A stretch of DNA of 64,000 nucleotides from Spizellomyces punctatus DAOM BR117 (lineage: Eukaryota), in the NCBI GenBank assembly GCA_000182565.2, contig KQ257471.1; one strand, written 5' to 3'. Positions 41,201 to 50,842 of this stretch are shown here, one piece after another. Numbering within the stretch: position 1 is the first letter of the stretch; each line of letters starts with the position of its first letter. The position numbers and the translations under genes were made by a program. The notes beneath the pieces were generated by a model, which made no database searches, had not been told where the DNA came from, and saw only the letters and a list, made by a program, of their open reading frames with translations.

Positions 41201-44200
41201 GAGGTATGGGCGGAGTTTTCCGAGGCCCCAAATGAGGCATCCGGCCTCGAGTTCGACAGGTGGGGCCTTCTTTTCCGAGGTGGTGGTGCCTCGGGAATGG
41301 TAGCACAGCGGGCGTTTAGAAGCATCCGGCTGTAACTGTTCGAGCGTGACATTAAACGCTGTGTAGGAAGCGTCACTGTGAAGGGTGTAGGGGAACCCTT
41401 TTCTGGGTGCCGCAAGCACTGGAGCTGTTGTCAGAGCCTGCTTGGCGGCTGCGAAGGCAGAGTTTCGGGAATCGGTCCATGAAACTTCACGCTTCGCGAT
41501 AAATCTGCGCAGACCTTGGTCGGGGCGCTTGCGAGCAAGGCGTCCGACACAAAAGGGGTCAATGGGCAAGTCCGCCAACGATGAGTGGCGTAGATTGACC
41601 GCCGGTAGGTCTGAGGAGCTAGATTTCGGATGTTGCGAAACCTCAAATCGGGCTCCAGTGGCTGTGATTGTAGGGGCCACCGCCGTGTCGAGCATGGATG
41701 GTGAATTGAGCTTTTCAGCGCCTTTCTTTGGGTCAGCGCGACCCTTTTTAAGGTCTCGGTATTCGCGAACGCCCTCTTGGATAGCGTCTTGCAGGGGTCG
41801 GACGAGTTCCGCGTAGCGAGAAATGAATTGGGCGTAGAACCCTAGGAGACCCACGAATGACCATAGGTCACCTATGAATTTGGGTCGTGGCCAATCGACT
41901 ATGGTTGCGACCTTGTCTGGATCGGTAGCGAGACCCTGAGAGGAGGCAACGAAACCGAGGGCCGTGAGCTGGTGAAAGAGCCATTGACACTTGTCGAGTC
42001 TTAGGGTGAGTTTGGCTCTGGAAAAGCGGTCGAGCCAGTCCGCGATGGCGTCTAGGGCTTCCGCGGCTGTCTCCGCTCGTGTGTGGATATCGTCGACGAA
42101 GTTGTTGATATTTCGCCATTTGGAGGGACCCAAGGTGTCGTCCATCACCCGACAGAAGTGCGAGGGGGCAGTCTTGGGTCCGAAGGGCATAAAGAGTGGT
42201 TCGTAGATGCCGTCATGGAGTCTGAGCGCGAGCCATTTGCGTACCGACGCATCGGTGATGGCGATTTGGTAGAATCCTTTGTTTGCGTCACCTCCCGATA
42301 TGTATCGGAATGGGACTGCGACGATCCAGTTCAGGATGTCGAGCATGATGGGAAAGGGATATGGATCCCAGGCCATGCAGTCGTTGGCTCGGCGATAGTC
42401 GAAGGCTACGCGCGGGGGTTTGTCTGCATAGCGAATGATAACAGGATCGCTGGCGAAGGTTACTTCGGTGGTTCGTTTCCACCTCTGAAGCCCCATCATG
42501 GTGTCTCGCTCCGTCTCGAGGGCTGTCCGCTCCAACGGAGAGTACGACCGTGGCCTCGAAAGGGGTGGCGGAGCCGAGATAAATCGAGGCGCATAAGGAA
42601 TCTTGGTGTAGTTCCCTATGAGATGACCCTCATAGCTGAAGGCTTGATGGAAGTGTCGTAGAATGTTGATTAGGGCCCAGACCACGGGTTTGGGTCGCTT
42701 GAGATCGACGTGGAAACGTTCCGCGTCTTTTAATTGGGCTTCGAAGGCCCCTGGAGCCCTCTCCGTAGAGTCGAGGTTCCATTTGTTCCGAAGTGTCTGC
42801 CATTCTTCTTTGGAAATGTTCTCTTCGGGGTCCGCAACCGAATTATGGGTCGCGGTGGACAGTTTGAGGCCTAACGGGACCGTTGAGCTAGCAGCGGTGG
42901 CCTCAAGAGGGTTTTCGATGAGAAAAGTTTGGGCTGCCACGCGCGTCTGTCCCGTGATTAACATGGTTAATCTAGACTTCTGAGCTTTGGCTTTGGTCAG
43001 CCGTGGCATTGACACATCCTTCATGAATTCACCCTGCTTGGTCTTGTATGGCGTGCCGCGCATGTGATCGGTGTCCAGCTCATCCGTTATGGAGCAGGGG
43101 ATAAGGATGTCTGGATTCTTGAGCGTCACCGCGAAACTGGGTAACGGGGGTTCCTGAACCAAGGTTTGGAGTTTCAAATGTCCCAAAACGTCGTTGGCTA
43201 GGATGATGAGAGGTTTCCCGTACGCGATGACCCGAAAGTAGGCGCGGAAAGTCAGGTATTCTCCGCCGCGGCCTCTGAGGGAAGTTTCGAGGCATACTGT
43301 CTTGGTAGATGAGATACGTCCACCAATGCCGTTGAAAGCCATCGTTTCCGCATCCTGCAAATCGGTTTCGGAGAACAGAAGGCCTTGGTACGTGTCGGAA
43401 ATCAGAGACTCGCAGGCCCCTGTGTCTAGTACCACAGGTGCCCAGAGCTGCGCGATGACGGCTAGCGTCCAGCAAGGCTGCGTTTGGGTCTTAGTCTGGC
43501 TTTTGAGTACATCGCCTAAATCTACTGAGTAGAAGGCGTTGATAGAAGGCACCGCGATCTCGAAATGGGGCGCGATGTCGTTAATTGTTGCTTCCGTAGC
43601 CTTGATCACACTCTCAAAGTGTTCTCTAGTTTTGTCGTTTTGTGGTTTTGTTGTTTTATTCTGGCGAGCAACTTGTTCGATAGCCAGCATGACTATACGC
43701 GTCCGTTCGCTCTCTTCGTGTCTTTGGAGACGTGGATGGTCTTTAACGTGCCGAAATTTGGGGTTTCCGCGACGATAATAATAGTCTGAGCGAACGATAT
43801 TGCCTGTCAGGAGAAATGCCACCAGTTGCAGGTTGGCGTACGCATCAAAGATAACAGGATCTTCAGAGCTCCACATCAAGAATTTCTCGCGCTCGTCGAG
43901 CTTTATCCAGGCAAGGAGAATCAAACGAGGGGTACCGTCTTCTCGGACCTTTCGCAGGATTCGATCCTTGTCAGCTTCGGCTGCGGCAGCGATGTAGAGG
44001 TGGTGGGAACTCCACGCGACTGCGTAGGGGTCGTTCCCGAGGTGCCCGGCGCCTCGCTTCGGTTCTTTGGCGAAGAAGCTGAGCGCGCGGGGGTTGTTGC
44101 CCATCATCAGAGCCACTTGCGGGGTGCCCCAGATGATGGCTATGTTGTCCCAGACTCGGTCCCAGCCCTGCGTGGGCGTGCGGGGGTCCTCTTCCTTGGT

Positions 44201-45697
44201 CACCGTGACCTTGGAAAGAGGTGCGGTCATCAAAATTGTTGATTCCGAGTGCTTGGGTGAATGAAAGAACCCGATGGTGTGGAATCCTTGATTAGCGGCT
44301 TCCGTTCTTTCCAGTTCCGAAGCCGAAAAAAGAGTCTCGGTGGTAGCGGACGTCGAGTCCAGCTCCACTATGTACGCCTTCTTCGATTCCTGTTTGGGTT
44401 TCCAACCTGAGGGCATGGGTGCTCCATATGGTCCTTTCTTTCCATCTTCAGGATCTTTTCGGTTCGGGTTCTGCCAGCAGAAAACATTCCAATGCTTTTT
44501 CTGACAGAATTTGCAGGGTGCCGGTGGTTCCTTGTTGGGGTCCGGAACCATCTTCTGAGGACCATCGCGACCCTTTTCGGGGTTTCCGGTTTTATGCGGA
44601 GCCGTCTGCTTAGGGCCTTTGTCGGTTCCGGTCTTTTGTGACTTCTTCTGAGCTTCTGCAGCACCGCTGTAGCAAGGGTCTCGTTTTCTGGTGTCATCAG
44701 AGCCGAAATAAAGGCGCAGGAAGTCTTTTAATTTGGTCAGGTTCGTGACGTTACAGGATTTGACCATGATTTGGATGTCGCTGGGCAATTGTTCGACTAT
44801 TAGGTCGAAATGCTGGTCAGCGGGACATTCTATGTTTGCCCGGTCGCCATAAGCGAGGCGCCGGAGATGAGTTTTGTGGTCGATGAACGCGAGAAAGCTG
44901 CGAAATTCTTTGGGGTTCGCATGGCAGCGCACATATTCGGTTTTGCGCTTGGACTCGGTTAGGGGATCTCGGAACTCTCGAAGCAGTTCCTCTTTCCACC
45001 TTTTCCAGGTCCATGAGCGAGTTTCCTGGGCTTCCAGAGTGTAAAACCAAGCGTCAGCAGGGGTTTTCTCGGCTATCATGGCTGGTAGGAGCTGTACCAT
45101 CCTGGCATCCGACGTTGCGCTAACGTTTTGAAGAAGTTGGACTTTGTTAAGCCATTCTTCAACGTCTTGGTTTCTTCTGCCCGTAAACTCGGGTACGTCC
45201 TTTGCTTTCAAGGAATCGACCTTGGTGTCGCTGGCCCACGGGGCCGCTGGCACTTGGATTGGAGGCACCGCACCTGAAAAACTTGGTTCGGTACGCTCCC
45301 TTGGTGTGTCCGCCGTTTCCCACGGGGTTGCGGACCGTTCTCTTGTAGCTCGTGCTATGGGAGGTTGTTCAGGCAGCGGGCGATGCGCTAGGGCTTCTAA
45401 GGCTCGTGCGAGGCGCTCATCCGCCGCTGTCTGACGTTCGGAAAGCCTATGAAGCTGTTCCGTAAGGTTTTGAGTTGCCAACTGCGTTGCAGCAGTCGAG
45501 CGGGCAATGTCTTCTTTTAACGCTGCCACTTCAGAGGCCATCGTGGCCAAGTTAGGGGCTTCCGGTTCGACGGAAGTGGTCCCTGAACGCCTTGGGCGTG
45601 TTGCGGGAGGGACTTCGACGTCCTCCGCAGGACCCTGACTACGAGTCTGGATCACAGGTGAGCGGCCTCGCGTTGGTGAGCGTTCGACCGGCATCAT
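38219..45697 (-). CDS. Single-ORF gag-pol of element C with chromodomain and long C-terminal extension
   Basis: CKFCQKKHWNVFC knuckle, VLDTGA, RT FVDD, SDASY, HEGGGH...CETC, SDRD, QGDGQSER, FEVEAIVD...TWEP; first ATG at 45697. Confidence 0.93.
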   Translation of the reverse strand: MMPVERSPTRGRSPVIQTRSQGPAEDVEVPPATRPRRSGTTSVEPEAPNLATMASEVAALKEDIARSTAATQLATQNLTEQLHRLSERQTAADERLARALEALAHRPLPEQPPIARATRERSATPWETADTPRERTEPSFSGAVPPIQVPAAPWASDTKVDSLKAKDVPEFTGRRNQDVEEWLNKVQLLQNVSATSDARMVQLLPAMIAEKTPADAWFYTLEAQETRSWTWKRWKEELLREFRDPLTESKRKTEYVRCHANPKEFRSFLAFIDHKTHLRRLAYGDRANIECPADQHFDLIVEQLPSDIQIMVKSCNVTNLTKLKDFLRLYFGSDDTRKRDPCYSGAAEAQKKSQKTGTDKGPKQTAPHKTGNPEKGRDGPQKMVPDPNKEPPAPCKFCQKKHWNVFCWQNPNRKDPEDGKKGPYGAPMPSGWKPKQESKKAYIVELDSTSATTETLFSASELERTEAANQGFHTIGFFHSPKHSESTILMTAPLSKVTVTKEEDPRTPTQGWDRVWDNIAIIWGTPQVALMMGNNPRALSFFAKEPKRGAGHLGNDPYAVAWSSHHLYIAAAAEADKDRILRKVREDGTPRLILLAWIKLDEREKFLMWSSEDPVIFDAYANLQLVAFLLTGNIVRSDYYYRRGNPKFRHVKDHPRLQRHEESERTRIVMLAIEQVARQNKTTKPQNDKTREHFESVIKATEATINDIAPHFEIAVPSINAFYSVDLGDVLKSQTKTQTQPCWTLAVIAQLWAPVVLDTGACESLISDTYQGLLFSETDLQDAETMAFNGIGGRISSTKTVCLETSLRGRGGEYLTFRAYFRVIAYGKPLIILANDVLGHLKLQTLVQEPPLPSFAVTLKNPDILIPCSITDELDTDHMRGTPYKTKQGEFMKDVSMPRLTKAKAQKSRLTMLITGQTRVAAQTFLIENPLEATAASSTVPLGLKLSTATHNSVADPEENISKEEWQTLRNKWNLDSTERAPGAFEAQLKDAERFHVDLKRPKPVVWALINILRHFHQAFSYEGHLIGNYTKIPYAPRFISAPPPLSRPRSYSPLERTALETERDTMMGLQRWKRTTEVTFASDPVIIRYADKPPRVAFDYRRANDCMAWDPYPFPIMLDILNWIVAVPFRYISGGDANKGFYQIAITDASVRKWLALRLHDGIYEPLFMPFGPKTAPSHFCRVMDDTLGPSKWRNINNFVDDIHTRAETAAEALDAIADWLDRFSRAKLTLRLDKCQWLFHQLTALGFVASSQGLATDPDKVATIVDWPRPKFIGDLWSFVGLLGFYAQFISRYAELVRPLQDAIQEGVREYRDLKKGRADPKKGAEKLNSPSMLDTAVAPTITATGARFEVSQHPKSSSSDLPAVNLRHSSLADLPIDPFCVGRLARKRPDQGLRRFIAKREVSWTDSRNSAFAAAKQALTTAPVLAAPRKGFPYTLHSDASYTAFNVTLEQLQPDASKRPLCYHSRGTTTSEKKAPPVELEAGCLIWGLGKLRPYLEGLPFTVITDHRALLWLAKYKGENRKLLRWALDLSYWSEWMTIVHKPGRCHIVADTLSRATWRGTLLCSTATQIWVSKRGRRRLRTTPAALAPSSTLADAVFRLALQPALIAAIRAGLTGQLHPIAQQARTLLWETSPDTYTTADTRFLQDWQRADNLLWHRFSVSEDLWRLYVPPACTPEVRKLFHEGGGHFGFERTYARAAAQVWWPKMAQDFRKHCAGCETCQRSKRVPQLIPGLLKPIPPAPGRWTVITTDFVTKLPLTSRGYDAFWLIACKCSKRIHVWPLKSTATAIQVAELFIERYVPLHGIPETIISDRDSKFTSRFWQEVCKNLKINQELTTAYHPQGDGQSERDNATVLQVLTTMVNTRLDDWDTFLPVAEFIINDTVHEATKMTRFRMDLGYEPHNPLADIVERPSETRNADAEELCKHLGDLNILIRDLMIEAQDSQKRYYDLSRRHLEFRRGDKVLLSTKNLAGYESKIAPKWLGPVTVTDCNPLRDNYELKLPDKMRRLHPWFHISKLRPYQKPVDAETEEKVAEAQAEDSDASDGEFEVEAIVDHRTRRGKRQFRIRWSGYPPHEDTWEPEEALTEASEALEEYWRSRAPTSALVEDSLVVSLAGDAPEDTAYASDHQCFAVYPDDSSRDNHALSPERKPVSRGLPHQSRTPHQASRSRLRASELSKSAGDDLKRTPLHAPPLFSSSTAHDLLPLHTHSASQTPSIDTETKTSISNTMNTDLRGQAGVSVPSTYMSGYPWEEDSGDFEAEGVLDRLGVAIATWVHSWVHQLRTNPNAPLQTPGHEFWLGVDAPKPYAVGQPLTNHIADPYSKATDGGEAAVGIVADAKKPGKRGRPAPCAAWLDRGVPQHEAGSRKTAPFTDWPNDDAHEFASAVIEAARTVLLRTANAAEASARLTRPRHHEHAEYHFRATNLKRAAETFTALYVTRTGPDVTPGTIVRTATDQIWFCCNVGGRASIIWVVNQDADEADPTDPVPTW

Positions 45698-46783
45698 TCT
45701 CGGTTTCGTGAAGTTCTGTCTCCGAAACGAGAGAAAAGGTTTCCGAGTAGCTACCTGAGCGGATCTCGGTTTGCGCAAGAGTTTCGGTACGACCGAATAA
45801 GGTTTTCAGCTGAATTTGAGAGGGGAAGGCGGTTCGTCGCGCTTCTCCACCATGTAACGGATTTTTTGTTGGTAGACTACAGTAAAGACAACTTGGGTCT
45901 CCTAGCAGGTTGTGTGGGTGTCCGTACTAGGAATCGTAGTCTCCAAATCCTTTCTTTGGGCGTCGGTAGCGACTTGGGGGCGAGAGGCAAGGAGAGTCGG
46001 TTAGTTGTGAACCGAGCAGGATTTAGAGGCTTCGGTACGGGTGATCAGGCCGTTGAAGCGCTCTGTTAGGTTCCTGTTAACCTAAGATTGGAGTTGAGAA
46101 GCGAGTTATGGGGATTTTGTGTCGCTACGGCTTCTGCCCCCGACTTATTTTATTGAATACATCCTTTTTATACAAGATTCGTTCCCTGAACGCCTTGGGC
46201 GTGTTGCGGGAGGGACTTCGACGTCCTCCGCAGGACCCTGACTACGAGTCTGGATCACAGGTGAGCGGCCTCGCGTTGGTGAGCGTTCGACCGGCATCAT
46301 TCTCGGTTTCGTGAAGTTCTGTCTCCGAAACGAGAGAAAAGGTTTCCGAGTAGCTACCTGAGCGGATCTCGGTTTGCGCAAGAGTTTCGGTACGACCGAA
46401 TAAGGTTTTCAGCTGAATTTGAGAGGGGAAGGCGGTTCGTCGCGCTTCTCCACCATGTAACGGATTTTTTGTTGGTAGACTACAGTAAAGACAACTTGGG
46501 TCTCCTAGCAGGTTGTGTGGGTGTCCGTACTAGGAATCGTAGTCTCCAAATCCTTTCTTTGGGCGTCGGTAGCGACTTGAGGGCGAGAGGCAAGGAGAGT
46601 CGGTTAGTTGTGAACCGAGCAGGATTTAGAGGCTTCGGTACGGGTGATCAGGCCGTTGAAGCGCTCTGTTAGGTTCCTGTTAACCTAAGATTGGAGTTGA
46701 GAAGCGAGTTATGGGGATTTTTTGTCGCTACGGCTTCTGCCCCCGACTTATTTTATTGAATACATCCTTTTTATACAAGATTC
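45579..46783. repeat. ~600-bp tandem duplication of gag start, PBS and part of the 5' LTR of element C
   Basis: Partial LTR 45853-46180 is followed by a repeat of 45579-45852, then the full LTR. Confidence 0.88.
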
Positions 46784-47055
46784 TTGGATAAACTGTTAAA
46801 CTAAACTAAACTAATGGGTGTCGCTGCACCGCAACTGATTTATTGGTGGCGGTACCGATCTCTTCCTTTTCCGCACTGGCTCGGGCCTCCACAGGTTGTA
46901 CGAGGCACGCTGAAATCTAATGCGCCAATTGCCATTCTCCGAACCGGTTTTTTCGGTCGCGGTAACCCAATCGGTGGAGTTGGTCACGCGATTCGTGCTT
47001 CCCGCGTCCGATTTGGGCTTACTCGCGATCTCTCGAAGACGTCCTCGTCGTTACA
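46456..47055 (-). repeat. 5' LTR of element C
   Basis: Adjacent to PBS; ends at the TSD. Confidence 0.95.
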
Positions 47056-47673
47056 ACTATGACAAAGGATGCACAGCTATTACCTTTGCCATAGGAGACC
47101 AGGTCCTACTCAATCACAAAGGGATTGAGGTAGACATTAGTTTGTGAAAACCAGCAAAGCTAGCTGCTAGCTGGATCGGTCCCTACACAATCAAAGCAAT
47201 AGGACCTTATCCAGACACCTACAAGCTCAAGTTACAGGATACTCGCTTATCCGCCTTATATCCTATCTTCCACATTAGTGTCCTAATGAAATATGAAGAC
47301 CCAGCATCTCACTGCTATAGGAACATAGTAGTACTGCCACCTCCTGTTCATATTGCAGGGATTCCCGAATATGAAGTCAAGGAGATTATTGACCAAGGCA
47401 TATTGTGATGTCCATGTGGAGAAAAGACATTCTTTGAAGAAAGATGTTATCAACAGTGGGTAGTAAGAATGATAGGGGGGAAAGTGAAATATGCTCCCAT
47501 CTAAAAGGACAAAGCAACTGGTTCTTTGTACATAAAAAGTGGCTTCCAAGTACACATGTATATTCAGTAGGGCTTTAGTACGTAGATGACACAACAAAAG
47601 TAGAAGGCTTGTCTAGCACCAAGATAGTGATAAGTGCACTTTTGTATAAAGTATATACATGACCAAAATGAGT

Positions 47674-47833
47674 GACGACTCAGCAAATGGTCCCTGTGGG
47701 CACCAGGTGAAGCTGCTCCAGGGGTCAGCCCCCAAATTGTATAAAGTATAAAAAGGGCCAGAAATGGAGCGACAACTCAGCAAACGGTCCCCATGGGCAC
47801 TGGGTGAAGCTGCTCCAGGGGTCAGCCCCCAAA
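47674..47833. repeat. Two ~62-bp direct repeats in the 3' non-coding region of element B
   Basis: ACTCAGCAAAYGGTCCC...GTGAAGCTGCTCCAGGGGTCAGCCCCCAAA twice. Confidence 0.8.
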
Positions 47834-48113
47834 CAATTACCTCATCATGATGAAAATCGTACATACATAAAGTGTTGCATGAGATGCAATTGCATGGGTC
47901 ACGCTGGGAAAGCCCAGTAGTCCCGGGGACAGCCCCACTGGCCGAGCCACAGAGCTCAACCGGTCTGGGCAAACTGAGGAGACACCCAGGGGATGAGGAA
48001 AACCCTAGGACCTCACTACATAGAAGTAGATAGAGCTCTTGTTTCCAGACCAAAAGAAAGGTCAAGAAGAGATTAAAGCCTTTGCTACTGCTGCAGGTAT
48101 AATCTGCGGGGGG

Positions 48114-48654
48114 TGTAAGGTAGACCTGTCCTTTGGTATTTGCACACAAGTGCAAACTTAGATTTTCGCGATGCATCTTGTCCTCATATCACCATATATA
48201 GCTATAGTGATCATGTAGCCATGTATGGCCAAATTATGGAGCAGTGCATAACAGTAGTTAGATTATGTAAGCCCTGCCGCGCCGATGACCTGTCAAAGTC
48301 GTTCGGTTCTGAGGCGGCCCCGTAGTTAGAAGATTATTGTCCCTTTATTTGCTAGTGCCAATCACTTCCAATTGGTGCAAGAGGGACTGCACCGGCGGAG
48401 GTGGGAAATCTCATGCTGATGCCCCGCCAAAGGAGGGAGCAAGCATAAAAGAGCGCTGCTCCAAAGCCCCTCAGAAAGGGAGGCAGCAAGCAAGGAAAAA
48501 CTAGAAGAACAACTAGCCTAGTTAGCAATGTGAGGAACTATCAATAGTTCCCTTTCTCTTGTATTAACAACAAAGTCTTTATACAGCCCTCTCACAGGGC
48601 CCAATGATTTGCCCGAAAATGTCGACTAGAGCAATCTGGTCGATTGACATTACA
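48114..48654 (+). repeat. 3' LTR of element B
   Basis: Homologous to 32201-32739. Confidence 0.93.
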
Positions 48655-48850
48655 TGATCACCTGCACTGAAGCCTCTAAATCCTGCTCAGTTCACAACTA
48701 ACTGACTCTCCTTGCCTCTCGCCCTCAAGTCGCTACCGACGCCCAAAGAAAGGATTCGGAGACTACGATTCCTAGTACAGACACCCACATAACCTGCTAG
48801 GAGACCCAAGTTGTCTTTACCATAGTCTACCAACAAAAAATCCCGTTACA
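48655..48850 (+). repeat. Decayed partial LTR of family C, opposite orientation to element C
   Basis: Reverse complement of ~37563-37757, ending in GTTACA. Confidence 0.9.
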
Positions 48851-49345
48851 ATTTTGTCATTCTGTCATCAGGTCATCTGGCTAACATGCAGTTTTTAGTC
48901 TCCAAGCCTTCGTTACTGAACATCCTCTGGCTTGTGATGCTGCCCAGTCGATTCGCTCCTGGATGCAAGAGTCTGGCTTCAATGCCATCAAGAGTTCCAG
49001 ATCAAGGCCTAGTAGGGACCGCGTGTAGTGATGGGCAGTTATCCGGTTAGAACCAACCGTTACGTATTGCATGTATAATTGCTTAGTAGTAGCTTAGTTG
49101 GCTTTTCCGAACCGGTTGTCGCCGGTTTATTCCCTGGTGTAGTAGCTAGTGCCAGTTTCTGTCACCTCTACACTATTTTACTGTACCCCCGAACGCCTCG
49201 CGTCGTGGAGATAATTAACCAGATTAATCACGTGATTCGTCATCCATGTATTGTATTACCGCCCTGCTAAGTAAGCAGCTTGCCAGCTCAACTCCGCCTC
49301 TCACAATACTGTACGTTCCACTCGAAATTTCAAAAAAAAAAGACA

Positions 49346-50712
49346 ATGGGTACTCTCGAAGACTTGCGCGAAATTTACGAGGCTTTCTGTGCTTTCGGCT
49401 CCAATCGCAATCTCAGCAATCCTCATGGATCGATGGAGTCCATTGCCGGGCCGACAATGGATGGTAACTCCTTGATAGAACTGTTATCAACTGGCAGAAG
49501 GACCTAATGCCGCAGCGACGCCATTTCCTCCAGGTGCAAAATTTGCGAAGTTTGCCCGCGATAACAGGCTGATTGATAACAAACGTGTGACCACCACGGA
49601 TGTCGACATAATCTTTAACAAGGTTTGTGGGTTGTTTGATCGACGGGCAGCGAACAGTGGGCGAAACTGATGATCACTGCTTACAGGTTAAAACCAAAGG
49701 TGCCCGCAAGCTCGACTGGAATACTTTCATCGATGGACTCACTGAGATCGCCGTGAAAAAGTATCCTGGTAAACAGGGTCGGCAGGCACTGGATGCGGTT
49801 ATTAGCACTATCATGAAAAAAGGAGGAGGTCCTATTGCCACTGGCACGGTGAGACAGCGCGGTATTCAGATGGCCATCTTTTGTTACAGTTTCACTGACA
49901 TGTTCATTTGCGGTATAAGACGCCAAAGTCAGACGGCATTGTTGACCGCCTGACCGATACGTCCAAGTATACAGGAACCCACAAACTTCGCTTTGACGAA
50001 GCGGGGCGCGGACGCGGTGCCGAAGGACGCGATCGCCCAAGTGCGACTGATCAGCTGTCGAAAATTACTAACCGAGAAGAGACCTCTGTTCGCGGACTTC
50101 CAGTGTCCATTGATCCCGAAGAAGGAGACAAACAAGAACTGACAAGCAGCGCTGGCAAAAGAGGTCACTCAAGTGTCGTTACCGCCAGCTCTGAAAGACT
50201 TGGTAAGTGGCCATAGAGCAAAGCTCGTCCTACTCAAGTTCCTGGAAACTTCGCCTCATCATCTTTCCTACTGCAAATGTGTGGGACTTGATGGAACAAG
50301 ATTTAGCGTCTAGCAAGCCCAAGAGCTCGAAATTGGGCTCAAACACGAATTTGGCCAACAAGCCCAAAACACCTCAGGCCAAAATTGACAAATCCTATGG
50401 CGCGGTAAGTCACCCATTTCCATACGGTTCAAGTGACACGTATTTACTTTGCAGCTAGAATGCCAAGGGTGGCTCCGTTTTTGACCGGCTTACCAATTCT
50501 GGCCAGGTGCGCAGCATCAAGTTATCCATTGGTCACCAGTACAGTTGCTAATATAGTTCTGCTGACAGTACACCGGAACTCACAAGCATAGATTCAATGC
50601 AGATGGCTCTGGGCGTGGCATTGCCGGGCGAGATTCCCCTGCAAAGGGGACGTCCCCAGGATCTTACAGGGGCGGTGACGTCAAGGATTTAAGTCAGATT
50701 CTACGCTCTTAA
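49346..50712 (+). CDS. TPPP: Fungal-type TPPP/p25alpha protein, multi-exon
   Basis: KFAKFARD...[38 protein letters not shown] and a second partial [29 protein letters not shown] introns. Confidence 0.9.
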
Positions 50713-50842
50713 TAGGGCACGTCCAGGCCAAGGATTTCTTCGTTCTTTGTCAACTACAAGTGAGCTAATTAAGCATATTCTACGTCTGCAAACTTTTGCT
50801 ACATGGGTGGCAGCTCGGCCTTTCTCAAGTCTAAATATCGGC

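Larger units (their letters stand above)
37563..47055 (-). mobile_element. Intact Ty3/gypsy element C with 4-bp TSD ACTA
   Basis: LTRs 37563-38161 and 46456-47055; PPT next to 38161; PBS TGGTGGAGAAGCG (tRNA-Ala-like); ACTA at 37559-37562 and 47056-47059; removing C restores B integrase AEHYDKG. Confidence 0.96.
32201..48654 (+). mobile_element. Decayed Ty3/gypsy element B, interrupted by element C
   Basis: LTRs 32201-32739 and 48114-48654, PBS-like TGGTAGCACC, G-run PPT; gag knuckle CNNCRGRGHYARQC, PR LFDTG, RT MPFGLTNAP, integrase resuming at 47060. Confidence 0.93.

Noticed and set aside
45829-45852. GGTTCG...CTTCTCCACCA resembling a tRNA 3' end (also before 46456)
   Set aside because: It is the primer-binding site of element C; no full cloverleaf
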